DNA from: Gammaproteobacteria bacterium
GTDB lineage: Bacteria; Pseudomonadota; Gammaproteobacteria; G965277405
Assembly (NCBI GenBank): GCA_965277405.1
Contig: OZ255726.1
Location: 928,001 to 992,000 of the forward strand
Length of the DNA stretch: 64,000 nt
Direction of reading: 5' to 3'
Part shown: positions 1-9,476 of the stretch, piece after piece
Layout of the letters: each line of letters opens with the position of its first letter
Numbering within the stretch: position 1 is the first letter of the stretch
The notes under the pieces: model-generated
Told to the model about the DNA's origin: nothing
Databases searched by the model: none
Seen by the model: the letters and a program-made list of their open reading frames with translations, nothing else
Made by a program: the position numbers and the translations under genes

Positions 1-632
1 CCATAGCGCAATACTTGCTGGTTGTGTTTGCTGATATGCAGCAGTTGCGGCAACATTCTAGGCGCTGCTCTCTCGTTGAAATATGCTGCAATGTTACTGT
101 CGTACACCGCTACATGGTTAAAGGCTTTAGCCGCGCAACAACAGCGGGTTTTTTCTGTTACGTCTGCGTCAATCAATTGATAGTCGCTGGGGTCGCACAG
201 CACTAATACATCAGCATAGTTTTTGGCAGCAGCACGTAATAAAGTTGGTCCGCCAATATCAATATTTTCAATATGGACATTGTGATCGCAACTATTGGCA
301 ACTGCTTGGGCAAATGGATATAAATTGACAGCAACAATATCAATAGCAGGTAGAGAAAACTTAGTAATTTGCGCTGCATCAATGTTGCGACGTGCCAGGA
401 TGCCGCCATGGATGATTGGGTGGAGTGTTTTTACCCTGCCTCCGAGCATTGGCGCAACGCCGGTGAGTGTGGCGACATCAACGTGGTCGATGTTGTGTTC
501 AGTCAATACGGCGCTGGTACCGCCTGTAGCTACAAGCGTGTAGTGTTGCGCTGTCAACGCTTGTGCAAAAGAGATAATTCCTGTTTTATCGAATACCGAT
601 AACAGGGCAAAGCGTTGTTTTGGTTTATCCAT
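1..632 (-). CDS. purH: Bifunctional AICAR transformylase/IMP cyclohydrolase, 5' part (runs off the left edge)
   Basis: Manual translation: MDKPKQRFALLSVFDKTG...IENIDIGGPTLLRAAAKNY...KAFNHVAVYD...LRYG; not in the ORF track. Confidence 0.93.
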   Translation of the reverse strand, partial: MDKPKQRFALLSVFDKTGIISFAQALTAQHYTLVATGGTSAVLTEHNIDHVDVATLTGVAPMLGGRVKTLHPIIHGGILARRNIDAAQITKFSLPAIDIVAVNLYPFAQAVANSCDHNVHIENIDIGGPTLLRAAAKNYADVLVLCDPSDYQLIDADVTEKTRCCCAAKAFNHVAVYDSNIAAYFNERAAPRMLPQLLHISKHNQQVLRY

Positions 633-1473
633 CAATATATAGTTTATGTTGGTAGACATGGGCAGTTGCTGCAGCATAACCATGGACTTGACCACAGTCA
701 AAACGCAGGCCACGGTGGCGCACGGCTATGACTTTGCCTTGTGCCGCGAGTATCGCTAAAGCATCAGTTATTTGAATCTCTCCATGCTGTGTTGTTTTAA
801 TTTGCTTAGCTAACACTGCAAAAACTTCAGGTATAAGAATGTATCTACCAATGATCGCTAAATTTGATGGCGGGTTGTTGCTCGGTTTTTCAATCATGCT
901 GTCGACGCGCAGTATGTCCTCATCAATGGCTGTTGCGGTGACGATGCCATAATTATGCGTAGTTTGTATTGGCACTTCTTCAACGGCAATTACACAACAT
1001 TGATGCGCAATATACGCAGCAATCATTTGCTGTAAAATTGAACTTGCAGCAACGCCTGTTGCCGTCAAGCATAAATCGTCAGCTAGAATAACTGCAAAAG
1101 GGTTGTCACCGATCAGTGAGGCACCAGTATATATAGCATGGCCGAGCCCAGCTATTATGCGTTGCCGAGTAAAGGAAAACGTACACGACTCCATCAGTTG
1201 CCGAATTGAAATCATGCTATTTTCTTTGCTGCTACCAGCGATTTGCTGATCTAGCTCAAAGTTACTATCAAAATAATTCATTACAGGTTCTTTATTGCGA
1301 CCAAGCACAAAATGAATATTATGCACACCTGCGTTTACCGCTTCTTCTACGGCAAAATGAATAAGCGGCTTATTGACGATTGGCAACATTTCTTTAGGCA
1401 GCGATTTCGTCGCAGGAAGAAACCGCGTGCCATATCCCGCAGCAGGGTATAAACAATGTTGAATTGCAGCCAT
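625..1473 (-). CDS. galU: UTP-glucose-1-phosphate uridylyltransferase
   Basis: PAAGYGTRFLPATKSLPKEMLPIVNKP, GLGHA, GEIQITDA. Confidence 0.96.
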   Translation of the reverse strand: MAAIQHCLYPAAGYGTRFLPATKSLPKEMLPIVNKPLIHFAVEEAVNAGVHNIHFVLGRNKEPVMNYFDSNFELDQQIAGSSKENSMISIRQLMESCTFSFTRQRIIAGLGHAIYTGASLIGDNPFAVILADDLCLTATGVAASSILQQMIAAYIAHQCCVIAVEEVPIQTTHNYGIVTATAIDEDILRVDSMIEKPSNNPPSNLAIIGRYILIPEVFAVLAKQIKTTQHGEIQITDALAILAAQGKVIAVRHRGLRFDCGQVHGYAAATAHVYQHKLYIDG

Positions 1474-2366
1474 TACGCAGTTGGTGTAGTTGATAGCAAA
1501 GACCAGTGTATTGGCACGGACACCTCAATTGTTGCTGCTTTGCCGATCGGTTTAAAGCCGATGGTCTCTGCGTGTAAATGTAACCTACTGGCTGGAGTAT
1601 TGCTGTATACAGAATCACCAATGACAGGATGTTGTGCGCTGGCACAATGACTGCGAATTTGATGGTTGCGACCTGTTATTGGGAATGCATGCAGCACACT
1701 GACAATCCCAAGCTCTGGGTCATGAACAGTCTTTTGCTTGGTAAAGCGTGTAAGTGATTGCTTCCCCATGGGTTGAGATATACTCAAAGTTTGTCCAGAT
1801 ATAAATTGCTTGGTTAAGGGAATATCGATTTCTCGCAAGTCATCAGGCCAGTCTCCGGCAACGACACAATTATATTGCTTGTAGACAGCGCGATGCTTAA
1901 GCTGCTGTTGCAATGCCAATAGTGCCGCACGGTTTTTTGAGATAAGCAGGCAACCTGAGGTGTCTTTATCGATTCTATGCACAAGTTCGTATTCGTTGTT
2001 CCATACTGTCCGCACCAGATTTATCAAGCCAAATTGATGACCAGAGCCACCATGCACAGGAATTCCAGCAGGCTTATTGACAACAATACACGCTTCATCT
2101 TCATACACAATTGCATCAATAACCCAACTGCTGCGCTCAAAACTTGGTTGCATTGGGATATGCTGTTCAAGCCACGGAGGTAGGCGAATAATGTCTCCTG
2201 TAGCAACGCGTTGCATCGGTTTACAGCGCGACTTATTGCAACGCACTTGACCAGATCTGATTAGTTTGTAGATATTTGAGCGAGCCAGCGACCGCACTTT
2301 GCCTAATAAAAAATTATCCAGCCGTTGACCATGATGCTGCGTATCAACAATCATGGTGTTACTCAT
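1473..2366 (-). CDS. rluC: RluC-like 23S rRNA pseudouridine synthase
   Basis: N-terminal S4 domain (GQRLDNFL), NKPAGIPVHGGSG, HRIDKDTSG, TGRNHQIR. Confidence 0.88.
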   Translation of the reverse strand: MSNTMIVDTQHHGQRLDNFLLGKVRSLARSNIYKLIRSGQVRCNKSRCKPMQRVATGDIIRLPPWLEQHIPMQPSFERSSWVIDAIVYEDEACIVVNKPAGIPVHGGSGHQFGLINLVRTVWNNEYELVHRIDKDTSGCLLISKNRAALLALQQQLKHRAVYKQYNCVVAGDWPDDLREIDIPLTKQFISGQTLSISQPMGKQSLTRFTKQKTVHDPELGIVSVLHAFPITGRNHQIRSHCASAQHPVIGDSVYSNTPASRLHLHAETIGFKPIGKAATIEVSVPIHWSLLSTTPTA

Positions 2367-3435
2367 CAGCTAGTCCGGCCATGAGTCGCGCTTGATGTTC
2401 TTGTTGCAAAGCAGTGATGGTTTCGTCTAAATCACCTTCGACAATAGTATCGAGTTTATACAGCGTTAAACCAATACGATGGTCTGTCATCCGTCCTTGG
2501 GGAAAGTTATAAGTACGGATTCGTTGCGACCGGTCACCACTACCGATTAAATTTCTACGTGTTTCTGCTTGTTGCTGATGCGCTTGCTGACGCTGCTGAT
2601 CTTCGAGTCTTGCCCCAAGCAATGATAGCGCACGCGCTTTGTTTTTATGCTGTGAGCGCTCATCTTGACATTCAACGACAACGCCTGTTGGAACATGGGT
2701 GATGCGTATCGCAGAATCAGTGGTATTAACATGTTGCCCGCCAGCACCAGAAGAGCGAAAGGTATCAATGCGCAAGTCACTTTTGTCAATTTGTATTGCT
2801 AACTCTTCTGGTTCGACTAGTACAGCCACTGTGCACGCCGATGTATGAATACGCCCTTGCGACTCAGTCGCTGGCACCCGTTGGACACGGTGTGCGCCTG
2901 ATTCAAATTTCAAATGCCGATAAACATCTTTTCCTTCAACCCGGGTGATAATTTCACGATAGCCTCCTTGTTCACTTTCGCTAATCGATACAACTTGCGT
3001 CGTCCAACGGTGTTGCTCAGCAAAACGCAGATACATCCGCTGCAGGTCAGCACAAAAAAGTGCAGCTTCGCTGCCACCAGTCCCTGCGCGGATTTCGACG
3101 AATACATTGGCGCCATCATCTTTATCTTTTGGTAACAATAGTGTTTTGATAGTCATTAATGTGTCGTCAATTCCATGTTGCAGGTCTTGCAGTTCCGTTA
3201 CCGCAAGATTATGCATTTCTGCATCCGCTAATAATACAGATGTTGATTGGTGCTGCGCTTCAAAGCCTATATATGTCAACCATGCATTGTGGATTGGCTC
3301 TAAGTCGGCAATTTCTTGCATCAACGCCTTGTATACATCAATATCGTTAGTAATGTCTGGCTGTGCCAGCTGATTCGCAACAATGGTATGACGCTCTTCA
3401 AGAGCTTGGAGCCGATTGCGCAGTTGATTATTCAT
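2359..3435 (-). CDS. prfA: Peptide chain release factor 1
   Basis: GAHRVQRVPATE (PxT motif), GAGGQHVN, downstream of hemA. Confidence 0.97.
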   Translation of the reverse strand: MNNQLRNRLQALEERHTIVANQLAQPDITNDIDVYKALMQEIADLEPIHNAWLTYIGFEAQHQSTSVLLADAEMHNLAVTELQDLQHGIDDTLMTIKTLLLPKDKDDGANVFVEIRAGTGGSEAALFCADLQRMYLRFAEQHRWTTQVVSISESEQGGYREIITRVEGKDVYRHLKFESGAHRVQRVPATESQGRIHTSACTVAVLVEPEELAIQIDKSDLRIDTFRSSGAGGQHVNTTDSAIRITHVPTGVVVECQDERSQHKNKARALSLLGARLEDQQRQQAHQQQAETRRNLIGSGDRSQRIRTYNFPQGRMTDHRIGLTLYKLDTIVEGDLDETITALQQEHQARLMAGLADE

Positions 3436-4742
3436 GGTGTTGGTGTTTGCTGTTTGCTGTTTACGCTGGTAGCGGGTGGATGGATTGCAAAGAGGGTATG
3501 CGCTGCTTGCAAGAGTTGGGTATCGCCTTTCTTTCCGGCTTCACGCATTGCTACGGTTGGATGGTGGGCAATTTTTTGGATGAGCGCAGACGCCATCCGC
3601 TCGATGACGTATTTTGGATCATCTCCTCTGTTGAGCATAGTATATGCTTTGCGTATTTCTACATCTCGAACTGATTGTATATGTGCGCGAAATGGCCGCA
3701 ACAATGCGTTATGATTGGTTTGATTGATGCGCTGTTGCAGCTCATACATGGCTGTATTGATGATCAAGTGTGCGTGTTGAGCTGCTTGTTTGCGTAACTT
3801 ACTGTTGCCTTCGATAATGGCTCCTAAGTCGTCAACACAATATAAAAATACATGGTCTATTGCAGCCACTTCATATTCAATATCACGCGGTACCGCTAAG
3901 TCAAAATACAGTTGAGTTGCATATTTTCGTTGTTTGCCTGCCTGCTCTACTTGCCCTTTTCCTACCAGCGGTAATGTGCTAGATGTTGCGCTGACTATAA
4001 TATCTGCTTGGTGAAGTAGTTCAGGAATTTCATACAGCGGGTAGGTGCTTCCCCCAGTTTTTTGCGCCAACCGCGTGCCACGAACACTACTGCGGTTGCA
4101 TATCCAAGGAGGTGGACAGCCCAAATCTGACAGATATTGGGCGACCAAAACGATGGTATCGCCAGCACCAATAAGTAACACGCGTTTATTGTCAAATCTA
4201 GAGAATATATTTTTTGCCAATGAAACCGCTATATGGGCGACCGACATTGGTGATTGGCCAATTGCGGTGTTGTGACGAATGCGTTTAACAATATGGAATA
4301 CAAACGGGATGACTGTAGCAAAAAAATCCCCACAGTAATCAAGCTGCTTGGCGTGGTCGTACGCTGCTTTCATTTGCCCAAATATTTGCGGCTCACCGAG
4401 CGCCATCGATTCAAGACCGCAGGCAACTATAATTAAGTGCCTAATTGCCTCGTCGCCAGTATAGCAATAATGGTCAGCAATTTTTTCGGCGACAACAAAG
4501 CGCAGCCACGTGTCAAGGATGCGTTGCAAGCAAACCTCAGTTGCCAACGTCTTGGCAACGATATACCACTCTATTCTATTGCAGGTTGATAGCACAAAAC
4601 ACTCATCAACGCCATGCTGTTGTAGTTCGGCGTATATCAACTCTATCGCAGCGGCATTTGGCAATAATCGCTCGCGCTGAGCAATATCTGTTTTGCGGTG
4701 ATCTATGCCAACGATAAGGCATTGCATACTGTTGAGTTTCAT
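3432..4742 (-). CDS. hemA: Glutamyl-tRNA reductase
   Basis: STCNRIE, GLESMALGEPQIFGQ, DLAVPRDI. Confidence 0.97.
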   Translation of the reverse strand: MKLNSMQCLIVGIDHRKTDIAQRERLLPNAAAIELIYAELQQHGVDECFVLSTCNRIEWYIVAKTLATEVCLQRILDTWLRFVVAEKIADHYCYTGDEAIRHLIIVACGLESMALGEPQIFGQMKAAYDHAKQLDYCGDFFATVIPFVFHIVKRIRHNTAIGQSPMSVAHIAVSLAKNIFSRFDNKRVLLIGAGDTIVLVAQYLSDLGCPPPWICNRSSVRGTRLAQKTGGSTYPLYEIPELLHQADIIVSATSSTLPLVGKGQVEQAGKQRKYATQLYFDLAVPRDIEYEVAAIDHVFLYCVDDLGAIIEGNSKLRKQAAQHAHLIINTAMYELQQRINQTNHNALLRPFRAHIQSVRDVEIRKAYTMLNRGDDPKYVIERMASALIQKIAHHPTVAMREAGKKGDTQLLQAAHTLFAIHPPATSVNSKQQTPTP

Positions 4743-4753
4743 ACGTATGCTAA

Positions 4754-5037
4754 GGAACCTCTGATTAAGTCCATGATGGGCGAGACGGAGAAAAAACGCT
4801 GATGATAACTAGACGCAGTGCGCAGATAATACTGGTGGTATTATTAAGTGCTGCAACGACGTTAGCGCAGCGTTTTTTCCCGTCCTTCTGTTGAATATAC
4901 AACAGTTTGATGGTAGCGGTACTTGCTGTGTTGCATCCTTTGGCGTATATGCTACGGCATACGCCTGCGGAATGCGCCTTGCAATCATCAGCAATTACCA
5001 TCAAACTCGCTCCATCAGCGACTTAATCAGAGGTCCC
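4754..5037 (+). mobile_element. MITE copy 1 (IS5-like ends), full length
   Basis: Terminal inverted repeats GGAACCTCTGATTAAGTC / GACTTAATCAGAGGTCCC; CTAA duplication at 4750-4753 and 5038-5041, coinciding with the plsC stop codon. Confidence 0.92.
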
Positions 5038-5757
5038 CTAATGAATGGAGCTACAAGTAGCTTCGATCCAGGTTCTTAGTTGTTGTGTTGCTAACTTACT
5101 ATCTGGCATTGGTTGTATATGCGGACCAAAAATCACGCGGATAGTTCCAGGGTATTTAGTTATTTGATGCGCGGGCCAACGCGACCCAGCATTGTGTGCA
5201 AATGGAATAATTGGGCATTTGTTTTCATGCGCCAGTTTTGTCGCGGTGCGGGTAAATGGTCCAAGTTCAGGTGCATAACGTCTGGTTCCTTCAGGGAAAA
5301 TGAGTAAATTATGACCTTGAGATAAGTGGACACTTCCTTGCGCAATAACTTGGCGAAGTGCCTGTGTCTTATTTTTTCTAATCAGTGTTACTGGTTTGAG
5401 CAATGCTAATGCCCAACCAAATATTGGAATCCAAATCAGCTCATACTTTAATACACTGACCATTGGCATTGCAAATGATTGAATAACCAGTGTTTCCCAT
5501 GGGCTTTGGTGGTTACCGGCAAACACACAGGCACGATGCGCTTGCAATGCGGTGCGGATATGTTCTAAGCCATCGATTTGCATGGAAATATTGCAGCTGA
5601 GTTTTAGCCAAAATAACACAAACCGCGTGAGTACAGCAGGCACTATAAAGCGTTTTTTGAACGGCAGCATCCAACCAAATAGCAGCGATGCCACGCACAC
5701 TATAGTGACCGCTACCACGTAGCCGATATAAAAAATTATTGAACGGAAAATCAACAT
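5038..5757 (-). CDS. plsC: 1-acyl-sn-glycerol-3-phosphate acyltransferase
   Basis: NHQSPWE and FPEGTR motifs. Confidence 0.92.
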   Translation of the reverse strand: MLIFRSIIFYIGYVVAVTIVCVASLLFGWMLPFKKRFIVPAVLTRFVLFWLKLSCNISMQIDGLEHIRTALQAHRACVFAGNHQSPWETLVIQSFAMPMVSVLKYELIWIPIFGWALALLKPVTLIRKNKTQALRQVIAQGSVHLSQGHNLLIFPEGTRRYAPELGPFTRTATKLAHENKCPIIPFAHNAGSRWPAHQITKYPGTIRVIFGPHIQPMPDSKLATQQLRTWIEATCSSIH

Positions 5758-5761
5758 TTAG

Positions 5762-5966
5762 AGAATCTCTGATGTAATTGCTAGTGAAACACTGTATGTG
5801 TCGCCAATTAGTTGCGGTAACATCGCCGCTACAACAGCAGGGCAAGATTTACTGTGAACGGCTGGTGTGCATGGGCTTGCCAAGGCAGCACCATTTACAG
5901 CAAACCGCCGTGCTTTTCAACCTGTAAAGTTGCCTCACACCCATCATGGGCTTAATCAGCGCTTCT
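5762..5966 (-). mobile_element. Degenerate MITE copy
   Basis: Eroded ends AGAATCTCTGATG and CCCATCATGGGCTTAATCAGCGCTTCT match the family termini. Confidence 0.6.
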
Positions 5967-5968
5967 CT

Positions 5969-6745
5969 CTATACAGTAACAGGATGCCTGCGTAAAAACA
6001 CCCAAGTATTGGCGGTGCTACGCTCACATGAAAAGCTATAGCTATCCATTGCGAATAACTGTAATTCTTCAATACTTGTAATATTATTTTCAGCCACAAA
6101 ACGCACAAACCTGCCGCGTGCATGCTTTGCATACACGCCGATAGTTTTTACCACAGCGTTTTTTTCTTCTACAAATGAAATATTGATAACGTGGCGTTGT
6201 TGGCTTATTGCCTGCAAGTCGAGCGCTTTGGCGTATTCAATCGATGCTAAGTTGATAATTGCAGCGGTTGCTGCTGTTTGCTCAAGCAGCGTCTCGGTGA
6301 GTTGTTTCTTCCAGAAAGCGTATAAATTACCACCTGCTGGATTTGGCATTTTAGCACCCATTTCTAGACGATACGGCATAATTCCATCGCTGGGACGCAG
6401 CAGCCCGTACAGCCCTGAAAGAATGCGCACATGGCTGTTGATGTACTCACGTCCAGCGGCATCGATTGTAGCAATATCAAGACCGCGGTATACATCTCCT
6501 TGGAACATCCAAATCGACTGGAAGCCAGCGCCAGCATCAACCGACCAGTTATTATGGTAGGACAGCGTGCGTTGCGCTACGGCAGGCGAAATCCCCAGCA
6601 ACTGTTGTAAGTCATGCTGCGAATATTGACGCAATATTCCATGGAGCTGTTGTGCTTGTTGGCTAAATTCAGGAACCGTGGCTGCAGGAAGACCTGCGTG
6701 GAATTCCGTTCGCAGTTTTTTCGCTGGAGAAATCAGGAATTTCAT
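5969..6745 (-). CDS. yaaA: YaaA/UPF0246 peroxide-stress protein
   Basis: ISPAK, FQGDVYRGL, LSGLYGLLRP, YRLEMG, NLASIEY, AKHARG. Confidence 0.93.
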   Translation of the reverse strand: MKFLISPAKKLRTEFHAGLPAATVPEFSQQAQQLHGILRQYSQHDLQQLLGISPAVAQRTLSYHNNWSVDAGAGFQSIWMFQGDVYRGLDIATIDAAGREYINSHVRILSGLYGLLRPSDGIMPYRLEMGAKMPNPAGGNLYAFWKKQLTETLLEQTAATAAIINLASIEYAKALDLQAISQQRHVINISFVEEKNAVVKTIGVYAKHARGRFVRFVAENNITSIEELQLFAMDSYSFSCERSTANTWVFLRRHPVTV

Positions 6746-7147
6746 TTGCTATACCATCGAGCAGTCTTCAAAATGAACAAACAAGCATTGCGCTTCGCTA
6801 CGAATGCGTCGGGGGGCTATGTTGCCACATTTGCTTAGGCTGTCATCGCTTTGACGCCAATTGTGTTGGATATTTACCAAGATATATTTGCTCGATAGAT
6901 GTATTTGCTCGATAGCTGCCGCTAAAATTCGAAAAACACCTGATATTTGTCCGTTATTCAGTACTCCAATGAGCTAATGCTGGCTGTAAAACTCCTTGCC
7001 AAGTTATTTTTTTAACAAAAAAAATAATTTTTAGCAAATTTGTGCATTTTTGGTATCATGAACACGCTCAATATTGGTTTGCAACATTGCTGCGTCAAGA
7101 ACATCAAATGTGGTCAGTTTTTCGAGATTTGTTAGGGTATATTTAAA

Positions 7148-8014
7148 ATGAATGGAAAGTTTTTATATTACCAAGGTGTTTACGCAGAGGCAGAAAAATA
7201 CCCATTTTTGCTGGCTCATGCGCTGCATTATGCAACGTCCGTTTTCGAAGGGATACGAGTTTACAATGGCGCACCATTTTTGCTCGAAGAGCATCTCTCA
7301 CGGCTGATAACCTCTTGCGAACTCATCGGCATTGATTGTCCGGCAACGGTCCAAGAACTATCCAAGATCTGCTACAACCTTATCGACAAGACTGGGGTGC
7401 AAAATGCCTACCTAAGACCGGTGGTATTCAAAGGCGGTCCCGATCTTGGCGTGTATGCACCCAAAAACACGATTGAGTTAAGTGTCATCATCTGGGAATG
7501 GCCATCAGTCTTCGGCGCAGCTGCGGTTTCTAAGGGAATATCGCTAACTTCAGATATCCCTTATAGACGACCGCCACCAACGTGTTTTCCAACTCAAGCA
7601 AAGAGTTCAGCAGCGTATCTCATAGGCGCAATTAACCGGCAAAAAGCGGAAAACGACGGCTTCAATGACGCCCTACTTTTCACCCACGCAGGGATGGTTG
7701 CGGAAGCAACTGGCGCCAATATTTTTTTAGTCAATGGCAACACTGTTACTACACCACCTGCAAATGATTTCCTCAATGGCCTTACCCGCCAGACGGTGAT
7801 TGGATTGCTGGCAAGCGGTCAAGTTGAGGAAAGAGAAATCACGTTGGATGATGTTAAATCGGCAGATGAGGTCTTTCTCACTGGCACTGCCTACGAAGTA
7901 ATTGGCGTCTCAAAAATTGACGATTGTGAAAAATCCGTTGGTCAATTTACCAGCAACATTCGCAATGCCTACCTCAAACTTACCAAAACAACCAACCTTA
8001 AAGGCGCGGCCTGA
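7148..8014 (+). CDS. Class IV (branched-chain-type) PLP aminotransferase
   Basis: HALHYATSVFEGIR, EATGANIF, LNGLTR, EVFLTGTAYEV. Confidence 0.9.
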   Translation: MNGKFLYYQGVYAEAEKYPFLLAHALHYATSVFEGIRVYNGAPFLLEEHLSRLITSCELIGIDCPATVQELSKICYNLIDKTGVQNAYLRPVVFKGGPDLGVYAPKNTIELSVIIWEWPSVFGAAAVSKGISLTSDIPYRRPPPTCFPTQAKSSAAYLIGAINRQKAENDGFNDALLFTHAGMVAEATGANIFLVNGNTVTTPPANDFLNGLTRQTVIGLLASGQVEEREITLDDVKSADEVFLTGTAYEVIGVSKIDDCEKSVGQFTSNIRNAYLKLTKTTNLKGAA

Positions 8015-8028
8015 ACACGACAGAATGT

Positions 8029-8172
8029 ATGATGGCTGCTAACACCAAAATTCGCAAAATTTACACGCTTGGCCCTGGAGGCACAAACTGCGCAGCAGCG
8101 GCTGCTGAACTCTGTCGATCTGGTGGAGTAGCAGCCTGTATACCAACATTACCTGCAGCCAAAGCCAAATGA
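8029..8172 (+). pseudogene. Truncated BacA-like prephenate decarboxylase (prephenate dehydratase fold), N-terminus only
   Basis: 47-aa ORF MMAANTKIRKIYTLGPGGTNCAAAA; TLGPxGT is the N-terminal motif of this fold; context next to an aminotransferase and an L-amino-acid ligase. Confidence 0.5.
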
Positions 8173-8212
8173 AAAAGCACTTTCTGCACGACGCAAACCT
8201 GCGGGGCTGCTG

Positions 8213-9169
8213 ATGATAGGTATTAGTCACCCTTTTTCAAAACACATGCGGCTGTTGGCGCTGACGATCAGTATTCTTGCCTGCTTCACAGCAAGCTGGG
8301 TGTTGGCTAAAAACATCATCGAAAGTGCCCCTGCGTATGCTTCGGCTACCGGCCGGGTGTTGGCGACTAGTCTGTTCCTTTGGGCTTTTCTCCTACTCCG
8401 TCCTGGCGAACGCGTAAAGTCGATGGTAGTGTTGCGCCGCTGGCCAGCTATCATCGTATTAGCTTTGCTGGGTTTTGTCCTGTATTCGCTACTGACATTT
8501 CTCGCCTTGACGGTGCTAAATCCATCGGATCTGGGAATGACGCTGGCGCTTATACCTGGGTTTACCTACGTGCTTGGGTTGGCTTTTTTTAGCGACCAAA
8601 TTCACCATCTCAAATTGCTCGGTGTTTCTTTGGCCAGCGGGGCGGCGCTATACTACACCACCAACGGCTTCCTAAGTTTGACAACAGCAGATGCTTTTGG
8701 AATCACAATGGCAGCGGGGGCGGCACTTAGCTATGCCCTGTATGGTTTAACGTATAAAAAGCTCATGGCAGACTTGCCCACAACAAGCGTGTTACCGTTT
8801 ATCACTGCCGTTGCTTTCCTCATGTTGCTACCCTGGTTGCTGTTTGTCAGCCCAGCAGAAAGGTCAATTGACCTTTGGACAGCTGCTAAATTGCTGATGC
8901 TCGGTGCTGGGCTGTCTGCGCCAGTATTCTTAATGTATCATGCCGTGCTTGATTTAGGCGGGGTGCTGTATGCAAATTCAATCGGAATTCTTGCGCCTTT
9001 TGCGATCTTACTCACCGAATGGGGCTGCGGCTATCGCAGTAGCGTCAGCCTAGGAGAACTAAGCGCGATGGCGATCTGTGCAGTCGGCGTCGCTTTAATT
9101 TTTAAAGACGCCGCCAGACCAAATCGCGTATCTGCGAACATCGCCGTATCTAACCGCCCCACTGATTAG
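8213..9169 (+). CDS. EamA/DMT-family exporter
   Basis: About 10 hydrophobic segments in two EamA-like halves. Confidence 0.8.
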   Translation: MIGISHPFSKHMRLLALTISILACFTASWVLAKNIIESAPAYASATGRVLATSLFLWAFLLLRPGERVKSMVVLRRWPAIIVLALLGFVLYSLLTFLALTVLNPSDLGMTLALIPGFTYVLGLAFFSDQIHHLKLLGVSLASGAALYYTTNGFLSLTTADAFGITMAAGAALSYALYGLTYKKLMADLPTTSVLPFITAVAFLMLLPWLLFVSPAERSIDLWTAAKLLMLGAGLSAPVFLMYHAVLDLGGVLYANSIGILAPFAILLTEWGCGYRSSVSLGELSAMAICAVGVALIFKDAARPNRVSANIAVSNRPTD

Positions 9170-9191
9170 GATAATTTAGGAGGAATACTAT

Positions 9192-9474
9192 GGAAGCTAT
9201 GATTAAGTCCATGACGGGCGAGACGGAGAAAAAACGCTGATGATAACTAGACGCAGTGCGCAGATAATACTGGTGGTATTATCAAGTGCTGCAACGACGT
9301 TAGCGCAGCGTTTTTTTCCGTCCTTCTGTTGAATATATGATGGTTTGCTGCAGCGGTACTTGCTGTGTTGCATCCCTTGGCGTATATGCTACGGCATGCG
9401 CCTGCGGAATGCGCCTTGCAATCATCAGCAATTGCAGGCAAACTCGCTCCATCAGCGACTTAATCAGAGCTTCC
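9192..9474 (+). mobile_element. MITE copy between the RBS and ATG of the ATP-grasp gene
   Basis: GGAAGCTATGATTAAGTC...GACTTAATCAGAGCTTCC with perfect CTAT duplication (9188-9191, 9475-9478). Confidence 0.93.
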
Positions 9475-9476
9475 CT

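Noticed and set aside
4765-5079. Small ORFs inside MITE copies (also 9247, 14173, 27386, 52966, 56454, 62426) as a protein family
   Set aside because: Frames, starts and stops are not conserved between copies; the similarity just reflects the DNA repeat.
9345-9476. N-terminal extension of the ATP-grasp ligase
   Set aside because: It is MITE sequence; ligase-like sequence begins at ATG 9477.
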